DNA of 64,000 nt, from positions 25,484,001-25,548,000 of the forward strand of contig CM075987.1 of the NCBI GenBank assembly GCA_038087875.1, in the 5' to 3' direction. This DNA is from Malacoraja senta (lineage: Eukaryota). The number at the start of each line of letters is the position of its first letter. The stretch's first letter is position 1. Shown here in pieces: positions 25,219 through 37,292 of this stretch. A model generated the notes under the pieces. The model worked only from the letters and a program-made list of their open reading frames with translations. It did no database searches and had not been told where the DNA came from. Position numbers and translations under genes: made by a program.

Positions 25219-25690
25219 CTAGAGAAACAGTGTGGAAACATGCCCTTTGGCTCACCAAGTCCATGCCGACCAATGATCACCTCTACACTAGTTCTATATT
25301 ATACGCTAAGGGCAATATACAGAAGCCAATTAACCTACAAACCCGAAGATAGTCACAAAATGCTGGAGTAACTCAGCGGGTCAGGCAGCATCGCTGGAGA
25401 AAAGGAATAGGTGGTGTTCGAGTCGAGACCCATCGTCGACCCGCTGAGTTACTCCAACATTTTATGTCAATCTTCGGTGTAAACCAGCATCTGTCGTTCT
25501 TTCTTACACAACCTACGGACCCGTACGTTCTTTGGAGTGTGGGAGGAAACCGGAGCACCCGCAGAAAAATCCACACAGGTCACGGGGAGAATGTACACAC
25601 TCTGTCCAGACAAGCACCCGTAGTCAGGATCGAACCTGGGTCTCTGGAGATGTAAGGCAGCGACTCTACCACTGTGCCACCATGACGCCC
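25219..25690 (-). mobile_element. V-SINE interrupted by a palindromic PLE-derived element (about 25345-25510)
   Basis: SINE stops at TAACCTACAAACC and resumes ACAACCTACGGACCCGTACG. Confidence 0.75.
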
Positions 25691-26122
25691 ATAAGAAAAC
25701 CGTGCAAAATCGTGTAAAAAAACTGAATTCATCGCAGAATTCCCAATTGCTGTTGATGCATCGAAACAATACCAGTATCTGTGGCTCTGTTGACTCTGCT
25801 TCTGGCTATCATCTTCAGTGGAGCTAATCACTGGAGTCCCCATCAGGTAAAATAGGGCTGAGAGAACATTATTATATCTTCCAGCCATCAGGCGGGAGAG
25901 GTCTAGCCTGTGCCAGTGCAGCAACCCCATAGAAATTAATAGGCAGAAAGATCTGTCACGAAAACCATGAAGATTCTCCACTTACAGACACAAGATGCTG
26001 GAGTAAATCTGCGGGTCAGGCAGCATCTCCGGAGAGAAGGAAGAGGCCACGTCGCCATTTATCTGGTTTAACTCGATAAGTTTACATGCATTTATTTTTT
26101 GTTGTGTGCATGAGTTTAGAGA

Positions 26123-26387
26123 TAAGTAAGTAAGTAAGTTTAATTGGCCAAGTATTCACATACAAGGAATTTGCCTTGGTGCTCCGCCCACAAGTAACAA
26201 CATGACATACAGTGACAGTTACGAATGACTCAGAAAACACTAAACATGAATAATAATAAGACATTAATGATAAAACACCATTGATCAGGCACGCGAACCA
26301 ACAAAATACCAGATCAAAGGGAGGCTACAGATATTTGGCTGTTGAGTAGAGCAACTACTCGTGGATGAAAACTGTTTTTATGTCTGG
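26123..26387 (-). mobile_element. Rex1-like LINE 3' end with (TTAC)n tail
   Basis: Minus strand encodes RHKNSFHPRVVALLN and ends TTCCTTGTATGTGAATACTTGGCCAATTAAACTTACTTACTTAC. Confidence 0.7.
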
Positions 26388-26450
26388 AGCGGGGAGACAG
26401 GCCCTTCGGCGCACCGAGTCCGCGGCGACCAGCGATCCCTGCACACTTAA

Positions 26451-26633
26451 TGGGCCTGTCCCACTTGGGCAACTACAGGCGACTGCTGCAAAATATTCAA
26501 CATGTTGAAAAAGTTTTGGCGACAGTGGTGACAATGTTTGTTGTCGTAGGTTGTCTCCAGGTGTCGTAGGTGAATTCCATTAAAACTAGTCCCTGGCAGT
26601 CGCCTAAAGAGTCGCCTAAGTGGGACAGGTCCA
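26451..26633. mobile_element. PIF/Harbinger-type MITE, family A (short form)
   Basis: TIRs TGGGCCTGTCCCACTT / AAGTGGGACAGGTCCA; TAA TSD at 26448-26450 and 26634-26636; removing it restores the SINE sequence ..CAC(T)TAACACTATCC. Confidence 0.9.
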
Positions 26634-27426
26634 TAACACTATCCTACACACTGGGGACAATTTACATATGTCACCGAAGAAGATTAACCTGTACGTCTTT
26701 GGAGCCTGGGAGGAAACCGGACATCCCGGAGAAAACCCACGCAGGTAACGGGGAGAACGTGCAAACTCCGTACAGTCAGCACCTGCGCTCATGATTGAAC
26801 GCTGGTCTTTGGCGCTGTGAGGCAGCAGTTCTACCGCTTCGCCACCGTGCCGCCCATAGTCTTTTAATGATTTTGTGTTTCAGTTATTTTTTAAGAAACT
26901 TCAAGTTAAGTTTAATTTTCTTTACTACTCAGTGCAATTATTAAATGTCAAAGACACTTTCACGGCAGCGTGGTGGCGCAGCGGTAGAGTTGCTACTTAA
27001 CAGTGGCAGAGACCCGGGTTCGATCCTGACTACGGGTGCTGTCTGTACAGAGTTTCTATGTTCTCCCCGTGACCTGCGTGGGTTTTCTCTGGGTGCTCCG
27101 GTTTCCTCCCACACTCCAAAGATGTACAGGTTTGTAGAGTCATATCATCATAGTGTGGAAACAGGCCCTTTGGTGCAACTTGCCCCATCTACACTAGTCC
27201 CACCTGCCCGCGTTTGTAGTTTGAAGATTGACACAAAATGCTGGAGGAACTCAGCAGGTCCGGCAACATCTCTGTATAAAATAAATGGGTGACGTTTCGG
27301 GTCGAGACTCTTCTTCAGACAGAATGGGCGGAGAGGGAGATATAGAGATAAGGAAGTGTTAGGTGTGAAAATGAGACAAAGGGGATAGCGATCAAGGAAA
27401 ATGTAGAATAGATTCTATCTCCCCCC

Positions 27427-28044
27427 ATGTCTGCCTTCCGCAAAGACCGCTCCCTCCGTAGCTCCCTTGTCAATTCTTCCCTTCCCTCCCATACCACCCC
27501 CTCCCCTGGTACTTTCCCTTGCAACCGCAAGAGATGCAACACTTGTCCCTTCACCTCCCCCCTCCACTCCATTCAAGGACCCAAGCAGTCGTTCCAGGTG
27601 CGACAGAGGTTCACCTGCATCTCCTCCAACCTCATCTATTGCATCCGCTGCTCTAGATGCCAGCTGATCTACATCGGTGAGACCAAGCGAAGGCTTGGCG
27701 ATCGTTTCGCCGAACACCTCCGGTCGGTCCGCAATAACCAACCTGAACTCCCGGTGGCTCAGCACTTCAACTCCCCCTCCCATTCCATATCTGACCTCTC
27801 TGTCCTGGGTCTCCTCCATGGCCACAGCGAGCAACACCGTAAATTGGAGGAAATGCACCTCATATTCCGCTTGGGCAGTCTACATCCTGGTGGCCTGAAC
27901 ATTGAATTCTCCCAATTCTGCTGGCCCTGGCTGCCCCCTCCCCTTCATCAGCCATCTGGTTGTCTCCTCCCCTCCCCCAGCCCTCGGGCTCCTCCTCCGC
28001 CTTTTCCTTTTTTCCTTTCTTCTCCCCACCCCCTATCAGTCTGA
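27427..28044 (+). pseudogene. PLE C-terminal fragment: Cys-rich linker plus GIY-YIG endonuclease (no RT)
   Basis: CNRKRCNTC linker; FTC-SSNLIYCIRCSRCQLIYIGETKRRLGDRFAEH...VAQHF...RKLEE...GLN; uninterrupted frame. Confidence 0.9.
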
Positions 28045-28068
28045 AGAAGGGTTTCGGCCCGAAACGTT
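28041..28068 (+). ncRNA. Minimal hammerhead ribozyme-like core at the 3' end of the GIY-YIG PLE
   Basis: CTGAAGA-A-GGGT(TTCG)GCCC-GAAACGTT: CUGANGA and GAAA boxes, stem II with a U-G wobble, palindromic AACGTT in place of stem III. Confidence 0.7.
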
Positions 28069-28595
28069 GCCTATTTCCTTCGCTCCATAGATGCTGCTGC
28101 ACCCGCTGAGTTTCTCCAGCATTTTTGTGTACCATGTAGAATAGATTGTTAGATCTGCATTTGTAGTTTAATTGGCTTTGGCAAAATTTGTAAATTGCCC
28201 CCAGTGTGTGTGTGATAGTGCCAGTGTAAGGGGTGATCGCTGGTCGGCACAGACTCGGTGGGCCGAAGGGCCTGTTTCCATGCTGCATCTCTACATTGTA
28301 CTAAACCAGACGGCCAAAAATTCAGAAGATTCCTTCGGCATAAATAAGCAAAACTTCTTTAGTTTTCCTTCACTCTGCTGCCCTCTATGGACGAACCCTT
28401 GTTATGGGAATCGATCGACAGAGAATAGGGATTGCCACTGTCATGTGGAGGAGAACATACAACAAGGTTCTGCTACTGACTGATCTTAAGGAAAGCACAA
28501 TAGAAAACTGCTTCTATAACATCCTAATCACTTCCGTGAGAAATGACAACGCAAATGAAACTCACGGAAAGGAAAACACACGTCAGATACTATTT

Positions 28596-29120
28596 GGGGT
28601 GGCACGGTGGCTCCGCAGTAGAGTTGCTGCCTTACAGCGTTTGCAGCGCCGGAGACCCGGGTTCGATCCCGACTACGGGTGCTGTCTGTACGGAGTTTGT
28701 ACGTTCTCCCCGTGGGTTTTCTCCGAGATCTTCGGTTTTCTCCCACACTCCAAAGACGTACAGGTTTGTGGATTAATTGGCTTGGTGTAAATGTAAAATT
28801 GTCTCTCGTGTGTGTAGGATCGTGTTAACGTGCGGGGATCGCTGGTTGGCGCGGACTCGGTGGGCCGACAGGCCTGTTTCCGTGCTGTATCACTAGAATA
28901 TGGTGGTCATGGTGGCACAGCGGTAGAGTTGCTGCCTTACAGCAAAATGCAGCGCCAGAGACCCGGGTTCGATCCCGACTACGGGTGCTGTCTGTATGGA
29001 GTTTGTACGTTCTCCCCGCGATCTGCGTGGGTTTTCTCCGAGATCTTCGGTTTCCTCCCACACTCCAAAAATGTACAGGTTTGTAGGTTAATTGACTTAA
29101 TAAAAATGTGAAATTGTCCA
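28596..29120 (+). mobile_element. Two tandem V-SINEs (28596-28893 and 28901-29120)
   Basis: Two heads with B box GGTTCGATCC; both are +9-nt variants. Confidence 0.85.
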
Positions 29121-29770
29121 AGTTGGCGATATGTAGAGTACTGCCCTGCCGACTACAGAATTCAGAAGGTTCAGCAGGAATAAACTAAACCTCTTCACAG
29201 CCTTATTAAATGGAGGACTCTGTTAGGATAGTCAGCTGCTATTTTGCATAACTTAATCTACAAATCTGTTTGTGCCTGTTTATGCTGAGCACAATAAGTT
29301 TTCATCAAACCGCAGACTGCCAAGTTGCATCAACAAGACAAATCAAATGTCAGCGTGCAGGAAGGAACTACATGGAAGGAAGGAATCAAATGTCAGATGT
29401 ATTGAAGAGAGAGTTAGATTTAGCTCTTTGGGCTAACGCAATCAAGGGATATGGGGGGGGAAAGCAGTAACGGGGTACTGATTCTGGATGATCAGCCACG
29501 ATCATATTGAATGGCGGTGCTGGCTCGAAGGGCTGATTGGCCTACACCTGCACCTATCTTCAATGTTTCTAAACCGAAGATGGACACAAAACGCTGGAGC
29601 AACTCAGCGGGACAGGCAGCATCTCTGGAGAGAAGGAATGGATGACGTTTTGGGTCGAGACCTTTCTTCAGAGAGCGCTTTGCTCCAGCTTGAATGCGGT
29701 GAACTTTGTGTGTTGTATTATGAAGTTGCTGTCCGCTGCTTGACCTATTTACTTTCCAAATGTGATCATC

Positions 29771-30062
29771 AGCGGCACGGTGGAGCAGCGGTAGAGTTGC
29801 TGCCTTGCATCGCTTGCAGTGCCGGAGACCCGGGTTCCATCCCGACTGCTGTCTGTACAGAGTTTTATACCTTCTCCCCGTGACCGCGTGGGTTTTCTCC
29901 GAGATCTTCCCACACTCCAAAGACGTACATGTTTGTAGGCTAATTGGCTTGGTCTACGTGTAAATTGTCCCTTGTGTGTGTAAGATAATGTTAATGTGCG
30001 GGGATCGGTGCGGACTCGGTGGGCCGAAGGCCCTGTTTCCACGCTGCATCTCTAAACTAAAC
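29771..30062 (+). mobile_element. V-SINE
   Basis: Head to (AAACT) tail, with small deletions. Confidence 0.8.
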
Positions 30063-30355
30063 CAGCTGTAAGTTAAATATGACTTTCGCAAATGTCTCAG
30101 TGAAACACTCCCCACTTTTGTTTAATCAGCTATAAAAGTTGACTCCTTTCAAACTTCCTCCCCTTCTGCCAGAATCCACAACCCCCTCCACCTCTCCTTC
30201 CCCGATTACTCTTTTCCTCCTCCACCCCTCTATCACTCGCTCATCTGCAATCTGTCCTCCAATGCCTCCTTCTCCCTACATGGTAAAGTGCCCCATCTAC
30301 TGGCCTTAGCGATAACTGATGAATATCATAGCAAAGGAATAAATGTATTCAAAAT

Positions 30356-30800
30356 TCAGAATCAGAATCAGAATGAATTTATGAGCCAAGTATGTGTACA
30401 TACAAGGACTTGGTGCATATTCCACCGCCTCTTGATTTCTCTGCTACCTCCACTTCGCGGTCCGCTCCGTGTAGTTGAAAGCCAGCCAGCTGCAGCGCAT
30501 TGTCCGGGATCGACACACACAGCCAGCTCTCGGTGAAGTACAGGGCAGCGGCCCGAGAGAAGTCCTTGTTTGTTTGGGACAGGAGTCGCAGTTCGTCCAC
30601 TTTGTTGTTGAGAGAACGTAGATTTACAAGGAATATAGTCATTGGCGGTGTGCGTAGTCCTCGTTGCCGGAGTCGGGCGAGTGCTCAGGAGCGCTCCTCC
30701 CCGGGTTCTCCTGCGCCCCACGGCCTTGGACATAAGCACAGCCCCGCTGACAAGTATGTCCGAATTCAAAGAGATTCGTGATACAGAAATCCACACTCTG
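30356..30800 (-). mobile_element. Internally deleted Rex1/Babar-like element: 5' APE endonuclease start fused to the 3' tail
   Basis: ORF 30379-30642(-) IFLVNLRSLNNKVDEL..FTESWL..GFQLHGADR..RGGGIC, joined directly to TCCTTGTATGTACACATACTTGGC..(ATTCTG)n. Confidence 0.8.
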
Positions 30801-31350
30801 AGCTCAAACCTCAACGTTGAAGGGTGAAAGGCCTGAATTATAAGCCAGCTCTCGTTCTTGCACAGATCAGATTATTAAGTGCACGGATACCCTCTGGAAA
30901 AGGGTTAAGGTCTTGGACTGCCATCATAAACTTCAGATATGCAACCTTTTCGAAATTGCCTCTTAAGCTGTTTCAGCAGACTTACTAACTCATCTGTTTA
31001 AATTGATTTCTTCCTCTGTCAGAGAGTGGAATTTCACTCGGTACGTTTATCCTTTCTTGCCTCAAGATCCAATATATAGTCGTAGAGTGATACTGTGTGG
31101 AGAAAGGCCCTTCAGTCCAACTTGCCAACACCGACCAGCATGCTCCATCCACACTAGTCCCACCTGCCTGTGTGTGGGTCATGTCCTTCTAAACCTATCC
31201 TATCCACGTACCTGTCTAAATGTCTCTTAAACATTGCGTTAGTTCTTAACTGCCTTAACTACCTCCTCCAGCAAATATTAGCATCACATTTGTATCATTC
31301 AAATGGGGTTTTATACTTGGCAAAAATGTATTGGGGAACTTGGAGAAATC

Positions 31351-31972
31351 AGTCACGGTGGCACTGCGGTAGAGTTGCTGCCTCACAGCGTCAGAGACCC
31401 GGGTTCGATCCTTACTGCGTGCGCTGTCTGTGTAGAGTTTGTACGTTCTCCCCGTGACCTGCATGGGTTTTCTCCGGGATCTCTGGTTTCCTCCCACACT
31501 CCAAAGACGTACAGGTTTGTAGGTTTATTGGCTTGGTATAATTGTACATTGTCCCAATGGGGAGAAAGCAGGAAAATTGGATTAGGAGGCAGAGATCAGC
31601 CATGATTGAATGGCGGAGTAGACTCGATGGGCGGAATGGCCTACTGCTACTCTTATAACTTGTGAACCTATGAACATGTGTGTGTGTGTGTAGGACACAC
31701 ACTAGCCAATACTGTTATTTGCACTTTATCCGTATATTGACCATTGTGTATATATTTATAGAATGCCTTGTAGTCAATGCCTACTATGTTCTGTTGTGCT
31801 CAAGCAAAGCAAGAATTTCATTGTCGTACCAGGGACACATGACAATAAACTCACTTGACTTGACTTGACTTGACTTGACAGTGTTAGTGAGTGGGAATCA
31901 CTGGTCAGAGCGGTCTCAGTGGGCCGAAGGGCCCGTTTCCGCGCTGCATCTCTAATCTAAACTAAACTAAAC
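31351..31972 (+). mobile_element. V-SINE interrupted by a CR1 tail and a Rex1-like tail with (CTTGA)n (about 31700-31878)
   Basis: SINE pieces at 31351-31555 and 31879-31972; the Rex1-like tail is nearly identical to the reverse complement of 44307-44480. Confidence 0.75.
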
Positions 31973-34353
31973 TATAATAACCTGCCCTTTCTTCCATTAT
32001 CTACACAGCGATGATAATCAAAGTGAGTAGTTGTTCCCACCCTATTTTCTCAGTTCAATTGGAACAATGTGTTGGGTTTCTGGTCCATTGAGTTTATGAA
32101 CCTGTTCAGAGGGAAAATGACCCCAAATAACTGAGATTGGCTTTGGAGCATCCAAATACCTGATGTTGGATGGTCTTGTTGCCATTCTGTGGCTAATGAT
32201 CAGATGTTTTAGCTAACAGGCAATCAACGAAGGCAATCTAATTATATTAATTGGGCCCATATGTGCTATTGCACTGTTTGCCAATGGTGAATTGAACATC
32301 AGAGAACAAAAAAAAACCTCTTTGATTTATCCCTATTTTGCCGTGTGCCATCTTGCTAATAGGCTCAAACAATCCATGGCTTTGATGAAGAACCTTCTGA
32401 AGAAGGATCTCGACCCGAAACGTCACCTATTCCTTTTCTCCAGAGATGCTGCCTGTCCCGCTGAGTTTTTTCTCCCGCCTTTTGTGCCTGTCTTGTCAAA
32501 CATTTTAGACACAAATTGCTGGAGTAACTGAGCGGAACAGGAAGCATCTCTGGATGGAAGGAATGGGTGACGTTTCGGGTCGAGACCCTTATTGAAAGGC
32601 AAATTCTCCGGGTCATGGGGAGAACGTACAAACTCCATACAGACAGCACCCATAGTCAGGATTGAACCCGGGTCACTGGCGCTGCAAGGCAGCAATCCAC
32701 CGCTGCACTACCGTATTAAATGTCTGAACAGGGTTCAAGTGTCGAATGGCCTTCGCCCTTTAATTCCTATGTTTATTCATTTTGCCGGATCAATCCCTGC
32801 ATACTCTGGACAGTTCTGATCGCGAATACATTAAGGGATCACTCAAGCATTGGATGCTGTGAAGAGAAACGCAGTATAACTGATTCAGGTCCCAGGGACC
32901 ATCAAAGGTCCGAATTCATGGAATCAACTTACATTTTTCACCCTTATTGGCGGACATCCCGTACAGAATAGCAAATGTTATAAATGAAGTGGGAAGGAGT
33001 GGATCAGAGCAATGAGAAATACTGCAGAATCAAAAACCCAAAATACAGACAACGCAGTGTCCTAAATGTACCTGTATCTCCAAATAGAGGCACAAAGTGA
33101 TAGAGTGATACAGTGTGGAAACAGGCCCCTCAGCCCAACTTGCCCACACCGAGATCTTCGGTTTCCTCCCACACTCCAAAGACGTACAGGTTTGTAGGTT
33201 AAGTGGCTTGGTATAAATGTAAATTGTCCCTAGTGTGTGTAGGTTAGTGTTAATGTGCGGGGATCGCTGGTCAGTGCCGGTCAATGGGCCGAAGAGCTTG
33301 TTTTTATGCTGCAACTCTGGACTAAAGTAAACTAAACTGGATGGAGGGGGGGGGGGGAAACAAAACAGCATGATTTATCTCGTCTCTGCACATCTTTCAA
33401 TCGAAAACCTAATTATACAATTCTCTGCATAATCACTAACTCTGTAAGAACCTCCAGTGACAAATGTCCCTCCTGGAATACCTTGCTACATTCTCCTTAT
33501 CATCTTTCATCAAGAAACAAAATGCATTTAATTTCCGTCTCCCCACACACCTTCGATGCGCTCTCTGTCCCTCAAATTCTAGAGGACATATTGATGCATC
33601 TTTCACTCTCGTACATAAAATGAAGGTGTAAGGAAGCAAGAGCAACCGTTTATGTTTACAGGAAGTATTCTTGCATCACCGATTAGTGAAAGGCCTGGAT
33701 GGAGTGGATGTGAGGAGGATGTTTCCACTAGTGGGAGAGTCTAGGACCAGAGGCTACAGCCTCAGAATAAAAGGACGAACCTTTATTAGAAAGGAGATGA
33801 GGAGGAATTTCTTTAGTCAGAGGTCTGGTGGTGAATCTGTGGAACTAATTGCCACAAAGGGCTGTGGGGGCCAAGTCAATGGTTATTTTTAAGGTGGAGA
33901 CTCTGTGCGTCTACCCGATTTATTCCTCTGATGGTTTTGTACACTTCTAAAAGATAACCCCTCATCCTCCTGCACTTCAGGGAATAGAGTCCCAGCCTGC
34001 TCAACCTCTCCCTATAGCTCAGGCCATCGAATCCTGGCAACATCCTCGTAAATCTTCTCTACACCCATTCCAGCTTGACAACATCTTTCCTGTAACATGG
34101 TTTCATATTTTCTCTTGTAGGAGTTGTGAAATGTTGAAATGTTAAGGGATGTTGTTGACATGAAGGTGGTATTTTCTGAAAAGCTGTGTTTAGAGATGTA
34201 TATATAATTGTGTGAAGTGAAATCCTGGCCTTAAAGATGGAGCCAGATAATGTCTGAATGTCTTCATTTTGTGTTTTAATCTTCGATTGATTGAACGACA
34301 CAGCATGGAAACGGGCCCTTCAGCCCACCGAGTCCACGCCAGCCTTCGATCGG

Positions 34354-35168
34354 AGTGGCACGGTGGCGCTGCGGTACAGTTACCGTCTAAAGGCTCTGTC
34401 TTACGGTGTTGCGGTCATCGGTGGTGAAGCGCGGCTTCGCCTGTAGAGTGGACCGCACGGCAACGGCGAGAGCGCCGAGCCTATGCCACGGGAGCGGCGC
34501 ACGGATGCTGCGCGGGGGCCAAGTGATTCAAATACGGCGGGTCCCACGTGCTTGCGGTAAGTAAAAAAAAGGGCGGGCCGACTGCGATGACGTCGGCCCG
34601 CCGCACGTGACTCACTAGCGGCGGCTGAGGCGGCGGCCGTCCTGATCGCGGCGCTGTAGCGGTGGCTGTGCCTGCGGCCGTGCAGCACACGTGCCTCACT
34701 GGCGGAGGCTGTGGCGGTGCAAGTTCGACGCACGGCGCTCGAGCCAAACTGGAAGCGGCTGTGGCGGCGGCCGTGCCGCACTCGTGCATCACTGGCGGAG
34801 GCTGTGTGGTAGGAAAATATTTTTCAACAGTGTAGATTTTATTTTAGCACCGTGCGGTGTTGGGAACACCGCCGCACGGCCCCGGAATTGTGCGTTCTCA
34901 CGAGTGCGCGGTCTATGGCGGCAGATTCTTCCCGTTTCGCCGCCAATGACCGCAGACTCGTGAGACAGGCCTTTTACAGCGCCAGAGACCCGGGTTCGAT
35001 CCTGACTATGGGTGCTGTCTGTACGGAGTTCGTACATTCTCCCCGTAACCTGCGTGGGTTTCCTCGAAGTGTGTGTTGGGTAATCTTAATGTGCGTGATT
35101 TGCAGGTCGGTGCAGACTCGGTGGGCCGAAGGTCCTTTTTCCGTGCTGTATCTCTAAATCAAACTAAG
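34354..35168 (+). mobile_element. V-SINE split in its head by a MITE
   Basis: Head GTGGCACGGTGGCGCTGCGG at 34355; resumes TTACAGCGCCAGAGACCCGGG at 34974. Confidence 0.8.
34391..34973. mobile_element. GC-rich PIF/Harbinger-type MITE, family C
   Basis: About 40-bp imperfect TIRs AGGCTCTGTCTTACGGTGTTGCGGTCATCGGTGGTGAA / TTCGCCGCCAATGACCGCAGACTCGTGAGACAGGCCTT; TAA and TTA flanks at the SINE's TTA site; internal repeats CACTGGCGGAGGCTGTG. Confidence 0.8.
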
Positions 35169-35190
35169 CTGTCCACACAAGATCACACTT

Positions 35191-36193
35191 TTGGATAGCA
35201 AATTGGCTCCATGGAAGGAAGCAGAGGGTGATGGTGGAAGGTTGCTTCTCAGAATGGATGCCTGTGACTAGTGGTGTGCCTCAGGGTTCGGTGCTGGGCC
35301 CGTTACTGTTTGTCATCTACATCAATGATTTGGATGAGAACATACAGGGCAAGATTAGCAAGTTTGCTGATGATACAAAAGTTAGTGGTTTTGAAGATAG
35401 TGCAGATGGTTGTGAACGATTGCAGCAGGATCTGGATCAATTGGCCAGGTGGACAGAGGAATGGTTGATGGAATCTAATACAGAGAAGTGGGAAGTGTTG
35501 CATTTTGGGATGTCGAACAAGGACAGGATCGACACAGTAAATGGGCCTCTGGGTAGTGTTGTAGAGCAGAGGGGTCTAGGAGTACAAGTGCATGGTTCCT
35601 TGAAGGTCGAGTCGCAGGTAGATAAGGTGGTCAAAAAGGCTTTTGGCACTTTGGCCTTCATCAGTCAGAGTATTGAGTATAGAAGTTGGGAGGTCATGTT
35701 GCAGTTGTATAAGACGTTGGTGAGGCCGCATTTAGAATATTGTGTTCAGTTCTGGGCTAGAGGGTGTGAGCTACAGGGAGAGGTTGAGCAGGCTGGGTCT
35801 CTATTCCATGGAGCGTAGGAGGATGAGGGGAGATCTTATAGAGGTGTACAAAGTCATGAGGAATAGATCGGGTAGATGCACAGAGACTTTTACCCAGAGT
35901 AGGGGAATCGAGGACCAGACGACATAGGTTCAAGGTAAAGGTGAAAAGGTTTAATAGGAATCCGAGCACACAGAGGGTGGTGGGTGTATGGAACAAGCTG
36001 CAAGAGAAAGTAGTTGAGGCTGAGACTATCCCAATGTTTAAGAAACAGTTGGACAGGTACATGGATAGGACAGGTTTGGAGGGTTATGGACCAAGCGCAG
36101 GCAGGTGGGACTAGTGTAGCTGGACATTGTTTGCCGGTGTGGGCGAGTTGGGCCAAAGGGCCTGTGTCCACACTGTATCACTCTATGACTATG
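35191..36193 (+). mobile_element. CR1 3' fragment with RT C-terminal half
   Basis: ORF 35228-35818 TSGVPQGSVLGPLLFVIYINDL..KFADDTK..LVRPHLEYCVQFW; CTATGACT tail. Confidence 0.93.
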
Positions 36194-36399
36194 TTATCCC
36201 ACTTTCGGATCCTACACATTAGGAGAAATTTCTACTGAGGCCAATTATCCATCAATCCTGCACGTCTTAGGGATATGGGAGGAAACCGGAGCGAACCCAG
36301 AGGAAATCGCTCACATAGCAACCAAGCTCGGGATCAAACCCGCATCTCCGATGCTGTGAATCTGTGGCTCTATCAGCTGAGCCACTGAGCATAAAGACA

Positions 36400-36625
36400 C
36401 GTGTAGGAAGGAACTGCAGATGCTGCTTTACACTGAAGATAGACACAATGCTGGAGTAACTCAGCGGGACAGGCAGCATCTCTAAGGTTTTCTTGTCCTT
36501 ATCTCTGTAACTCCCTCTCCCCTGACGCTCAGTCTGAAGAAAGGTCTCGACCTGGACCCATTCCTTCTCTCCAGAGATGCTGCCTGTCCCGCTGAGTTAC
36601 TCCAGCATTTAGTGTCTATCTTCGT
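36400..36625. mobile_element. Palindromic PLE-derived short element
   Basis: Inverted 3'-end arms; partial hammerhead-like core at 36534. Confidence 0.75.
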
Positions 36626-37068
36626 ACATAACGATACTTCAACTCATTATCACGACACTGCCTCAGGCTAAAAGGAATAAAAACCTCTTAGGATTGTCCA
36701 TGTTCAGCTGTTCCTCCTTCCCCACTTCTGCCTTTCATAATTATTCAGGACATGTTTACGACTACCAACAAGAATTAATTCCAAGAAATACTATTTGCTG
36801 CAATTATGTTGGTTTAAATCAGATTTAAAATTAAGACTGGAATTTATAACACAGCATTTTCCTCCTGTTCCATTATGAATGCTAACCTTTTGATTTGTAT
36901 TTTCTGAATACAACTTGTTTGCCTTTGGATGAGTCGTAATAAATAATTGTATCGCAGTTTCTTCAACATGATTAACAAGCCTCAGAATTAAAGGGCGTTC
37001 CTTCAGGAAGGAGATGAGGAGGAATTTATTTAGTCAGAGGGTGGTGAATCTGTGGAATGCCCTTCCCG

Positions 37069-37292
37069 ACACACTCTAGGGACAACTTACATTTATACCA
37101 AGCCAATTAACCTACAATCCAGTACGTCTTTGGAGTGTGGGAGGAAACCGAGATTTCGGAGAAAACCTACGTGGTCACATGGAGAGCGTACAAACCCCGT
37201 ACAGACAGCACCCGTAGTCGGGATCGAACCCGGGTCTCTGGCGCTGTAAGCGCTGTAAGGCAGCGACTCTACCACTGCGCCACTGTGCTGCC
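37069..37292 (-). mobile_element. V-SINE with a perfect 9-bp tandem duplication in the head
   Basis: GCGCTGTAAGCGCTGTAAGG at 37241-37260. Confidence 0.85.

Larger units (their letters stand above)
26112..26855 (-). mobile_element. V-SINE carrying two nested insertions
   Basis: SINE pieces at 26112-26123, 26388-26450 and 26634-26855. Confidence 0.8.
27415..28133 (+). mobile_element. 5'-truncated Penelope-like element (Neptune-type)
   Basis: GIY-YIG ORF followed by a hammerhead-like core and the conserved 3' end; perfect 14-bp TSD ATGTAGAATAGATT at 27401-27414 and 28134-28147. Confidence 0.92.
26963..28305 (+). mobile_element. V-SINE split by CR1-tail and PLE insertions
   Basis: SINE 26963-27137 ends GGTTTGTAG and resumes TTTGTAGTTTAATTGGC at 28160. 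Confidence 0.75.

Noticed and set aside
27427..28044. Domesticated stand-alone GIY-YIG nuclease gene
   Set aside because: The TSD sits 12 bp upstream of the ATG, the element is a 5'-truncated PLE nested in other repeats, and there is no promoter or splice evidence
32932..33022. Minus-strand exon (TTCTGCAG acceptor to GTAAGT donor; ISHCSDPLLPTSFITFAILYGMSANKGEK)
   Set aside because: Only splice-like motifs, no recognisable protein and no compatible neighbouring exon; needs RNA-seq
34401..35037. GC-rich Ala/Arg-rich ORFs and a CpG-island promoter
   Set aside because: They lie within a MITE that splits a SINE; open frames reflect GC content
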